A stretch of 64,000 nucleotides of DNA from positions 1-64,000 of the IMG/VR virus record IMGVR_UViG_3300033146_005369, one strand, 5' to 3'. This DNA is from a virus (taxonomy: Duplodnaviria; Caudoviricetes). Under the pieces are notes generated by a model. It saw only the letters and a list, made by a program, of their open reading frames with translations, was not told the DNA's origin and ran no database searches. A program made the position numbers and the translations under genes. This document shows, piece by piece, positions 17,120 through 25,715 of this stretch (position 1 is its first letter; each line of letters opens with the position of its first letter).

Positions 17120-20104
17120 TTAAATTTCTATTCTAGCTATATTATCAACTTTTTTAATTTTGATAACATGTTCCGCCATTTCTTTTAACGGAACTAAGTG
17201 CGTTATTAAGAAAACCCTTTCAAATTGCGTTTTAATCATATTCAAGAACGGCTTAAAATTGTCCAAATTATCAGAATCAAGACTTGTTGATGGCTCATCG
17301 AGAACAAAAAAAGAACTTTTTGGCAACGAAGAGATAGAAATTAATGCCAATCTTATAGCCATTGAACTTAGTGTTCTTTCCGCTCCAGAGCCGGTTTCCA
17401 AAATTCTTTCCTGCTGGCCTGGTTGGTAGATGAAAATTCTCATTTTTTTGTCTTCAGATACCATCCTTAATTTGAAATTTGCATTTGTCAACAATATTTT
17501 GTTCACTTCCTCATTGATTTTGTTGATATTGTCTGAGATAATCAGGTTCGGAATACCATTTGGATGCATTGCATTGATATACTCTTTGAACAAATGGGCA
17601 CGTTTTTCAAGTTTCTCCAGAAGTTTAATAATTTTTGAATAATTCACTTCCTTTTCTTTCAAACCACCAAGCTCTATTAGCCTATTTTTCAAATCAGTTT
17701 TGGTACTGATTACTTCATTCTTCAACAACATTGAATTGCGAGTGAAGAAAGACATTTGTTCTTTATATTTTTCAAGCTTTTCCCAAATTTTCGCATTCTT
17801 GTCGTATTTCTTATTATTTTCTTCTGCTTCACGCAATTTTTCTAGAATGAAAAACTTTTGACTATTCAATTTAATGATTTTGTTGTTAAGCTCATCATGT
17901 TCAAGAACAAGTGCGTTATACTTTGTTAAAATCTCTTCTTTTCTTAATGAATTTTCGTAATCTGCCTCAAATTTCTTGCAAAGATTTAACTCTCGTGCCT
18001 TATCTTTTTGCAAAGATTGCAAACCAGCTCTTTTGTCACTCCAATTTTTGACGAATGGACAAGCCTTAAACTTATTCGTGTTGCATGGTGGTAGCACAAT
18101 GTCTTTAGACAAACTCGAAATAGATGAAGTAATTGATTTTAAATTCCAATTTTTAATCTGATCTATTTTCTTTTTGAGAATACTTGAATCAATGAAGTCG
18201 GAATTTGGCTTATTCAAGCTCTTAATCCTATCATCAATTTCACTCATTTCAAGAGTTAACATATTGATTTTATCATCAATCTTTTTTAATTTATTGCGAC
18301 CATCCTGCATTCTTTCTTCAGAAATACGTTCCAAATTGTTTTCAACTTCAATTTCTTTAATTCTTTCCTCAACCTTCTTTTTATTTTCAAAAGCGAGACG
18401 CATTTCTTTTTCGATTTCACGAAGTTTTCTTTCTTTCTCTTCAATCACTAATGATAACTCTTCAATCTTTCTTATTATTGATTCATGATTGATATTACCA
18501 ATTTCTTCTTTATATTTTTTAATAAGAAATTTTTCTCTTTTAATATCCTCTTTGGCCAGTTTTAATTTCTCGCCATATGAAGTGATATTCAAGAAGTTTG
18601 AAATGATTTCTTTTCTTTTTAGCGAAGGAGATTCAATGAAGTTCTTAAAATCGTCCTGAGAAGAATAATTGGTCATTAAGAAGTCTTCGTAAGTACCAAA
18701 AATCTTTATAATCGCTTGTTGTGTCTTGTTAACAGAACTCCCAGAAATATTTTCTCCATTTTTGAATAAAGATAATTTGGAAGTCGTCCCTTTTTTGTTT
18801 CTCTTGAGGCTTCTGGTAATTTTGTACCTTTCATTATTGAAATCGAATAGCAATTCAGACTTCATATTATCTTTTTCTTTGTTTAATATATCAAGCCTAT
18901 TTTCAACACTTTTTGTAATACGGCCAAATATTGTCCATACTATCGAATCAATGAAGTTTGTCTTCCCAGAATAATTTTTCCCATGAATTCCGACTATTCC
19001 ATTAAGCGTTGTAAAATCAATATAATTTCCTTCACCAAAATTTAAAATATTATCCCATCTAAATGAAATTAAGGACCATACACCACTTTTATATCCTTCG
19101 TTTTCAATCAAATCATCATATTTTTTATCAAGATTCTGCAATTCATCAATTCTTGGATTCCCATTAAAAAAATTCTGAAAATATGAATAATTCTTATTGA
19201 GAATTAAAGGCGATTCCTTCTTATCAATCTTGAAAGCGATGTTAATTGATTTTACAGAATACTCATTAGAAATTTTATCTTTCAGGAGCTTAATTTCATG
19301 ATAAGGTAAATCTTTTTTAATGAGCAAACGGATTTTTGAATCTTTTTCCAAATTGTAATCATTTTCTTCATATTCGTTCCCAACTTCTATTGTTGTAAAA
19401 ATAGATGGATTATAAACCGAGATATAATCCACCTTCCATTCATTTTTTGCAATAATGTTCCAAACTAAAAATCCTTTGTCGCTTGTTTCACCAAAATGTT
19501 GCTGGATAGTACTCCCAGCATATCTTATTTTGCCGTATTTGTCTAGCTTTTGACATTTATGAATATCTCCTAGCAACACATAATCGAAATGTTCAAATGT
19601 TTTTAAATTTACTCTACTGTTCTTCATGGCAAATCCACTATCCGTCTTAGAACCGTCTACTGGGCCATGGTGTAAAGCGATATTGATCTTGTTCGGATTG
19701 GTTGGTTCTAGAATCCAGTTGTCTTTATCAAATATGGACAAACAATTTAAAACAATACCCTCTTCAATTTCGACTTCTTTAGAAGATTTTATTAAAGTGA
19801 TATTCTGAAGACCGGAAACAATCGGAGTTATTGCATCTTCTCTTGTAGCATTAGAAACCAATCCATCATGATTCCCTAAAATAATATATAAGTGTGCAAT
19901 TTTTGAAAGATTCACAAGGAATTCTTTTGCTAAAGAGAAGAATTCTGGAGATAGATTTGTTTTAGAGTGTGCAATATCGCCAGTATGAATTATGCAATCA
20001 ACATCTTTCGGAATTTTATTGTAAAGATCCTTAAAAGATTCACGATAAGAATTGTGATATTTTAAATTGCGTATATGTGTATCTGAAATGTGTGCTATCT
20101 TCAT
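17120..20104 (-). CDS. sbcD-sbcC: Fused SbcD/Mre11 nuclease and SbcC/Rad50 ATPase (gp47-gp46-like)
   Basis: Metallophosphoesterase motifs SDTH, TGDIAH, GNHD, GDIH, YAGS; then Walker A GKNYSGKT, coiled coil, signature GSGAE, Walker B VLDEP, H-loop LITH in one 994-aa ORF. Confidence 0.93.
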   Translation of the reverse strand: MKIAHISDTHIRNLKYHNSYRESFKDLYNKIPKDVDCIIHTGDIAHSKTNLSPEFFSLAKEFLVNLSKIAHLYIILGNHDGLVSNATREDAITPIVSGLQNITLIKSSKEVEIEEGIVLNCLSIFDKDNWILEPTNPNKINIALHHGPVDGSKTDSGFAMKNSRVNLKTFEHFDYVLLGDIHKCQKLDKYGKIRYAGSTIQQHFGETSDKGFLVWNIIAKNEWKVDYISVYNPSIFTTIEVGNEYEENDYNLEKDSKIRLLIKKDLPYHEIKLLKDKISNEYSVKSINIAFKIDKKESPLILNKNYSYFQNFFNGNPRIDELQNLDKKYDDLIENEGYKSGVWSLISFRWDNILNFGEGNYIDFTTLNGIVGIHGKNYSGKTNFIDSIVWTIFGRITKSVENRLDILNKEKDNMKSELLFDFNNERYKITRSLKRNKKGTTSKLSLFKNGENISGSSVNKTQQAIIKIFGTYEDFLMTNYSSQDDFKNFIESPSLKRKEIISNFLNITSYGEKLKLAKEDIKREKFLIKKYKEEIGNINHESIIRKIEELSLVIEEKERKLREIEKEMRLAFENKKKVEERIKEIEVENNLERISEERMQDGRNKLKKIDDKINMLTLEMSEIDDRIKSLNKPNSDFIDSSILKKKIDQIKNWNLKSITSSISSLSKDIVLPPCNTNKFKACPFVKNWSDKRAGLQSLQKDKARELNLCKKFEADYENSLRKEEILTKYNALVLEHDELNNKIIKLNSQKFFILEKLREAEENNKKYDKNAKIWEKLEKYKEQMSFFTRNSMLLKNEVISTKTDLKNRLIELGGLKEKEVNYSKIIKLLEKLEKRAHLFKEYINAMHPNGIPNLIISDNINKINEEVNKILLTNANFKLRMVSEDKKMRIFIYQPGQQERILETGSGAERTLSSMAIRLALISISSLPKSSFFVLDEPSTSLDSDNLDNFKPFLNMIKTQFERVFLITHLVPLKEMAEHVIKIKKVDNIARIEI

Positions 20105-21052
20105 TTATCCTCGTTTTAACATCTCTTTAATACTGTTGAGCTTGTTGCCAACAACATCTTGCCTCGATGCTGAATTTTTTCTCTCAAGGAACACTTCTCT
20201 TGGCATTTCACCAACATCTTTATAAGGAGAGATGTCAACCTTTCTCACTTCTATTCCCAACTTTAAGAAAAAATCAATCAACTTTGTTTTTTTAAAAAAG
20301 GCGTCCTCGTCCAAAGCTAACACTACTTCACTATCATGCTCGCATATTTTCTTGACTAAAACACTATTTTTTATCAAAGCACTTCCTAAAAGTGGTATTG
20401 CATTTGCTCCTGCTTTTATTGCATCAAAAATTCCTTCCACAATAATAATCGGCTCATCCCAATCGATCATTAAATCATTGAAAATTATATTTCTACTTCC
20501 TTTAGAACTGAAGTAAGATAATTTATGTCCAACAAAACTTCTTCCAACATAATACACTACTTTACCATTATTATCAAAAGAAAGAAATATTATTCGTCCT
20601 GTCATGTTGCCCTCTAAAAAGATGCCAGGCTTCCATAAATCAATATCTTCTTCTGTAACAGAACGCTCTTGTAAATACTTTAAAGCACGATGGCCAGCTC
20701 TGCTTAAGTGTGTCGAAGTTAGTGATTCAAAATGTTCAAGCTTGATGATCTCTCTTTCGATCTCTTCATTGTCATCTGCCATAAGCTTTTTCAAATCTTG
20801 GAGCTTGATACTGCTTTTTTTGGCAAATAAGGCAGCTTGCTTTTTCTGGAAAGGAGTTCCATACCTCCTTATGATCCTTGATAAATCACTTCCAGACCAT
20901 TCGCAAACCCAACATTTAAAAACATTTTTGTTGTAATTGATTGACAACTTGTTTTTATGATGTGTTTTACATACAGGACAATTATAAAGGTATTCTTCTC
21001 CCTGCTTGCTAGAAACGCCCAATATTTCATCTAAAACTTTTTTATATCTCAT
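20105..21052 (-). CDS. dnaG: DNA primase (Zn-finger + Toprim)
   Basis: CPVC...CWVC Zn-finger, IIIVEGIFDAI and LALDED Toprim motifs; start moved to MRYKK (GGAG 6 nt upstream). Confidence 0.88.
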   Translation of the reverse strand: MRYKKVLDEILGVSSKQGEEYLYNCPVCKTHHKNKLSINYNKNVFKCWVCEWSGSDLSRIIRRYGTPFQKKQAALFAKKSSIKLQDLKKLMADDNEEIEREIIKLEHFESLTSTHLSRAGHRALKYLQERSVTEEDIDLWKPGIFLEGNMTGRIIFLSFDNNGKVVYYVGRSFVGHKLSYFSSKGSRNIIFNDLMIDWDEPIIIVEGIFDAIKAGANAIPLLGSALIKNSVLVKKICEHDSEVVLALDEDAFFKKTKLIDFFLKLGIEVRKVDISPYKDVGEMPREVFLERKNSASRQDVVGNKLNSIKEMLKRG

Positions 21053-21070
21053 TGCACGCTCCGCGCAACA
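21050..21070 (-). promoter_or_regulatory. Hairpin enclosing the primase RBS and start codon
   Basis: Minus strand TGTTGCGCG-GAG-CGTGCAATG can form a 9-bp stem (3 G.U pairs), with GGAG at the loop and AUG in the 3' arm. Confidence 0.35.
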
Positions 21071-21106
21071 TTGACTCATTGCATATGATATAGCATACAC
21101 ACATGT

Positions 21107-21673
21107 TTAGCAAGCAATAAGTGCACTCCTGTCTTTTTGATGATAAAGATGCCATGCGTATTTTGCTATTACTATAGCATCAACTGCGTCAAACAATTCT
21201 GATTTAATATTGTTATTCCTGTTAAATTCTAGTTTGAAATTTGGTTCACTATTTTTAACATAATCAAGAACAAAATTTTTGACTGTTATTTTCCGCTTCT
21301 TTTCAAGTCTCGTCGGATTTCGTATGGCGAAATGTTTCCTTGCTGCCTTGAAATCAATATGAATTGGTGTTATAAACAATTCGTGCATTTTGTAAGAAAC
21401 GGAACCGTTAAATTTGGCCAATGAAGAAATCGACCTAGCAGACGATTTACCACCTTTAAATTTATGAAGGATTTCCTCAATATAAATATGTTCAATTTTG
21501 TGCATTTCAAAAACATTTTTTAATGCATCAACAACACAATCAATTTTGATATACTTGTTTGAACGCTTTTTTGTCGTACTTGTCTTGATATAACCATACT
21601 TTAACAGCTTCCCGTCTTCTATAACAGCCCACCCAGTACAATTTGTGCTTATATCAAGACCAATTATTTTCAT
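21107..21673 (-). CDS. ruvC: Holliday junction resolvase, RuvC-like
   Basis: IIGLDISTNCTGW, IYIEE, LAKFNG, DAVDAIVIA acidic RNase H motifs. Confidence 0.88.
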   Translation of the reverse strand: MKIIGLDISTNCTGWAVIEDGKLLKYGYIKTSTTKKRSNKYIKIDCVVDALKNVFEMHKIEHIYIEEILHKFKGGKSSARSISSLAKFNGSVSYKMHELFITPIHIDFKAARKHFAIRNPTRLEKKRKITVKNFVLDYVKNSEPNFKLEFNRNNNIKSELFDAVDAIVIAKYAWHLYHQKDRSALIAC

Positions 21674-22704
21674 AAATCGTTCGCATCCTTCATCATTCGC
21701 TGAATAAAACTTTCTTCTTCTGACATTCTTATATCGCCTTTTTCTACCATGTCTTTTGCAAATTGTCTAGCTATTTCTTCTCTTGTGCGAGTCGAACTTA
21801 TTTTGCTCATAATATTTAAGAATTTTATATAAATGCTTGTTTCTTCTGCTTTATCATTGTTGTATAATTCCATAATATTACTTCTGAAATCTGATTCAGT
21901 ATCACTTATAATGATGCCTGGGACATATTGAAGTTCAATACCATGGATATCGCGCAATGTTTCTAATTTTTGTACTTGAAAAGTGATCCCTTCTTCTTCT
22001 GAGTCCCATTCTCCAGAAATAATTCTATCTTCAAAAACAGGAGATGATTCAAGAATATAAAATCCTCTTTTAAAATTATGCTTTCTATCACCAATCTCAT
22101 GTTTGAATGGTTCATCTAGTCTTACTGTATAATATTCACTTTTGCTTTGTTTTGAATTTTCATCATTGAAGGTCCTCAATTTTGTTGCAAATGGGGTCTC
22201 TTCTGTTTTGACAAATTTATTGGCAATCGTTGACAAAAACTCATGACCGAACTGGTTTGCTAAGTCAAATTTTAATTGTCCATTAAGTTCTGCAATCGAT
22301 TCTAGCATCGTTTGGAGAGACTTGTTTTTAAATTCGTCAATGTAAGATTTGATTTTTTGCAAGGATGTATCGATATCTGGAGCAATGACCTGTTTAGAAT
22401 ATAAATCACCTTCGTCATTTGTTAATGGTCTTATGGCGACTTTTCTACTCATTCCTTCTGGTTTAAAACGATTGAACAAAGTAACTGTTGATGTCAATGT
22501 ATCAACATGATTTGCTGGAAAAATGTCAATGTGGACAAACAAATCATCTCTTTTATCAGGATAAAAACCAAGTGGTCCTCTAAAGGAATGAAAAGTTGAT
22601 CTTGGAAAAAGTTTTTTCAATTTCTTTTTCATTCGTAATATCAATTTGTTTCTTGAAAGTCTTTTGATCTCTTCAATCAAATATAATTCTATTTGTTTAT
22701 CCAT
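21670..22704 (-). CDS. Hypothetical protein
   Basis: 344-aa ORF, ATGA overlap with ruvC; N-terminal YLIEE. Confidence 0.78.
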   Translation of the reverse strand: MDKQIELYLIEEIKRLSRNKLILRMKKKLKKLFPRSTFHSFRGPLGFYPDKRDDLFVHIDIFPANHVDTLTSTVTLFNRFKPEGMSRKVAIRPLTNDEGDLYSKQVIAPDIDTSLQKIKSYIDEFKNKSLQTMLESIAELNGQLKFDLANQFGHEFLSTIANKFVKTEETPFATKLRTFNDENSKQSKSEYYTVRLDEPFKHEIGDRKHNFKRGFYILESSPVFEDRIISGEWDSEEEGITFQVQKLETLRDIHGIELQYVPGIIISDTESDFRSNIMELYNNDKAEETSIYIKFLNIMSKISSTRTREEIARQFAKDMVEKGDIRMSEEESFIQRMMKDANDL

Positions 22705-22713
22705 TGTTTTTCC

Positions 22714-23742
22714 CTAAAGATCTAAATTCAACTTGAAGGTAAATTCATCTTTTTCTAATTTTTTAATCGGCGTTGCTAAAGATGCAATTCCTAAAAGCTT
22801 TTTATCTTCATCATATACTAAAACTTTCGAAATGAATGTTTGTCTTTTAAATGATGAAGTCAAATCACTATAAGAAGATGTAACAACATTTTGGACCTTT
22901 GTTTCGACATTTTCTAAATATTTTGCCGAAGATGTTGCAAACGTTTGATACTCTTCAGTAAATGTTGGGTTATTAGAAGAATTCAGTTCACCTTTTTTTG
23001 CATGAGCGAAACATGTTAAAGTGTTAGTGTAGTTGACACCCTTAAATTCTATTGTACTAGCAATTTCCAACGAGTCAATATCTCCAAATGATCTCCACTG
23101 AGTCGTAACACCAGTTCCTAAACACCAGGAGCCAGTCATTAACAAGATCCCATCATTATACAAAATCAACCCAACACTTTCACCCTCATGACTTCCTGAT
23201 GTTTCTCTCAATAATCCATCATTATACAAATCTTCAGCAATTGAAACAATATTGTCATTTTTTCGCGCTGTTAATTTTATAGAACCTTTTTTTAAAGAAG
23301 TCCCATAAAAAATTTTAGGAATGTTGATCACTCCAATATCTTTTGTTTCTAATATCTCACTATTAAAATCAGATGAGATAATTTTGTTATAATCAATCTT
23401 GTTCCTTAATGAATTGAACTTAATAGAATCACCAAAAGGTGTCAAATATTCTTGCGTTATTGAAGCTGTCAACGGATAAGAACCAGTGATTATATCTCCA
23501 TATTTATAAATTGAATTGATATCACCTTCTGTAACACTTTTAAAACTAAGTAATTCCGAGTTTTTGTAAACATAGGGATATATTTCTAAAATATTTTCCC
23601 CAAAGATCGAAATACTGTTGTCATAAGATACATTTTTTCTTCTTTGATAAATCGCTTCACCATCCGCCATTTCACAGATGGTGTAAGGATAAGTTTTAAT
23701 CCTGTTTCTCAGAATATCATTTTTATCAAATTTAAAAAACAT
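22714..23742 (-). CDS. Baseplate/tail-collar structural protein, paralog of 23743..24792
   Basis: C-terminal NSSNNPTF...FISKVLVYDEDKKLLGIASLATPIKK resembles the C-half of the DUF3751/P2 gpH N-terminal domain. Confidence 0.6.
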   Translation of the reverse strand: MFFKFDKNDILRNRIKTYPYTICEMADGEAIYQRRKNVSYDNSISIFGENILEIYPYVYKNSELLSFKSVTEGDINSIYKYGDIITGSYPLTASITQEYLTPFGDSIKFNSLRNKIDYNKIISSDFNSEILETKDIGVINIPKIFYGTSLKKGSIKLTARKNDNIVSIAEDLYNDGLLRETSGSHEGESVGLILYNDGILLMTGSWCLGTGVTTQWRSFGDIDSLEIASTIEFKGVNYTNTLTCFAHAKKGELNSSNNPTFTEEYQTFATSSAKYLENVETKVQNVVTSSYSDLTSSFKRQTFISKVLVYDEDKKLLGIASLATPIKKLEKDEFTFKLNLDL

Positions 23743-24792
23743 TTAATAACTTATTCGTGTTCTGAAAATCGCTTCAGTATCAGCAGATTTCTTATATGGC
23801 TCAGAAAGTTTCGCAACCGCAAGCAACTCACCATCAGGAGAATAAAGACCAATTCCAGTTATGTAGGCAACCGGCAAATCTTCTGACCTACTTTTGACTA
23901 CAATCTTGCTATTTGACAAATAAGTTGGATTACTAGAGTAGTTAAACTCATTGTGATTCAGGCGAACAAAATAAATTGATGACTGGACTTCGGTTGTGTT
24001 AGAGAAAGTGATGTCGCGAATTCTTTCACGCATTTCGTTGGCAATATTATCAATTGTGTTACCAGTAGCCATAAATTCTAAAGGTCCTCCAGAAGAGGAA
24101 AACTCCATTCCATCACCATCGTTGATATAATGCGATACAGACCCGGAAAGAACTAGCAAGCCAGCCTGATAAAAAATTAATCCAAACCCGGATTCACTAT
24201 TTGGAGTTGCAGAGGAAGTATAAATAATTCCATACTCTCCAACAGGAGAATTAACTTTGTACGCGCTTGAAGCTCCATAATCACCGAACACTAAATCTAA
24301 ATCATCTGATGAAAAATAATCCCCATAAGCTCCAGTGCCAAATGTAAATCTGAAAGAATCCTTTTTAATTTCATCTTTATATAAAGACCTATCAAAAGAG
24401 AAGAAAAAACACTCCTTCAATTTTGTTCCGCCTTCTGTTATGTTACCATCCTGATCAAATTCTAAAATTTGCCCTGTTGAATCATGCCCGAACAAGACTT
24501 GAGCCATTTGATTATAAATTGCTATTTTCTTTGAATTTTGCTCATTTGTAGAAGCTGAAAGGTCTGAAGTACCAGCGTAGCCAAAAGTAATATCAAACAT
24601 AGGAGAAGCAGAAGAAGATAGGTATGGATAATCATACACTTTCTGGAACATGCCATGTGAAAATGTTTTGATATTTTCATCGGTATAAGTACCTGACGTT
24701 ATATAAGTCCCGGTAATTGGAACTCCCTCATGCAACAAGGATTTAACCCTTGTGTGGTCGTTCTCTGAGAAATTTTTATATGAAGTTGACAT
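23743..24792 (-). CDS. Baseplate/tail-collar structural protein
   Basis: FNYSSNPTY...YITGIGLYSPDGELLAVAKLSEPYKK. Confidence 0.62.
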   Translation of the reverse strand: MSTSYKNFSENDHTRVKSLLHEGVPITGTYITSGTYTDENIKTFSHGMFQKVYDYPYLSSSASPMFDITFGYAGTSDLSASTNEQNSKKIAIYNQMAQVLFGHDSTGQILEFDQDGNITEGGTKLKECFFFSFDRSLYKDEIKKDSFRFTFGTGAYGDYFSSDDLDLVFGDYGASSAYKVNSPVGEYGIIYTSSATPNSESGFGLIFYQAGLLVLSGSVSHYINDGDGMEFSSSGGPLEFMATGNTIDNIANEMRERIRDITFSNTTEVQSSIYFVRLNHNEFNYSSNPTYLSNSKIVVKSRSEDLPVAYITGIGLYSPDGELLAVAKLSEPYKKSADTEAIFRTRISY

Positions 24793-24800
24793 TTGTTCTC

Positions 24801-25715
24801 CTATTGTTTCTTCACAAATCGTACTGGTAGTTCAATTCGATATCCAGTTGTACCACCTTCTATTGTTACATATGAATCAATATAATAACATGTTGAACCA
24901 TTGTAATCTTTGCTGGAGCCCAATGTTTCAAAAAGATATGTACTAGTGTTCAAATCGACGCTGGTCTGAACCTTAAACATCAAAATGGTTCCTCTAGGGC
25001 CTGAAATTGCTTCAGTAGTAATATCACTTCTTGTTTCATTATTTTTGGAAACAAATTCCTTATCAATCCCGTCATTCAAAAAGTAAACGGCGATGTTATC
25101 ATCATCTACATATGAGACATTGGCAACCTTAACACCTTCCGTTGTCCTTGCAGAAACTATTTTTCCCAATCTGTTGTCTATTTTTAAAATATACTGGCTT
25201 TCATATAAGTCTGGGTCAATATTCAAAGAAGGTGTTATCTCATTTGTATCTAGACCTTGGTCTACTCTGATATAAGAATCCTTACCAGCCGAATTTTCTC
25301 CAAACATCACACCCGTTTCAGATTCTAATAGTTTCTCCGTATCACCATCTACTGCTACTAGCCACGCATTATCAGAATGTCTTGCGGTAGCGCCAGAAGT
25401 ACCACCTGAAACCTCATTAGGTTTCAAAATAGGTAGATATAAGAGATTTTTCCTAGAAATTGTTATAAGTTTGCTATTTCCTAAAGAAGTGTTGTTGGTA
25501 AACGCCTCAAGGATTAATGTCTGCAACAACTCAACATCGTAATATGCAGAACCGCTTGAATGATTTTTGTCATAAAGACCATAATCAATTTCTTCATCGA
25601 ATAACGCGAACTTGGTGATCCTAAAAGAACCATCACCTCGTGCCAATCTTTCTCTCCCAGCATCCGTTAAGACAGTATCCATAATGATATCGCCTGAATT
25701 ATCAAGAATTGCCAT
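24801..25715 (-). CDS. Baseplate/tail-collar structural protein
   Basis: N-terminal VLTDAGRERLARG...ITKFALFDEEIDY resembles the N-half of DUF3751. Confidence 0.6.
   Translation of the reverse strand: MAILDNSGDIIMDTVLTDAGRERLARGDGSFRITKFALFDEEIDYGLYDKNHSSGSAYYDVELLQTLILEAFTNNTSLGNSKLITISRKNLLYLPILKPNEVSGGTSGATARHSDNAWLVAVDGDTEKLLESETGVMFGENSAGKDSYIRVDQGLDTNEITPSLNIDPDLYESQYILKIDNRLGKIVSARTTEGVKVANVSYVDDDNIAVYFLNDGIDKEFVSKNNETRSDITTEAISGPRGTILMFKVQTSVDLNTSTYLFETLGSSKDYNGSTCYYIDSYVTIEGGTTGYRIELPVRFVKKQ

Noticed and set aside
11703-20104. Inteins or introns in TerL, portal or Mre11-Rad50
   Set aside because: Lengths and motif spacing are ordinary; no intein splice motifs or reading-frame breaks seen.
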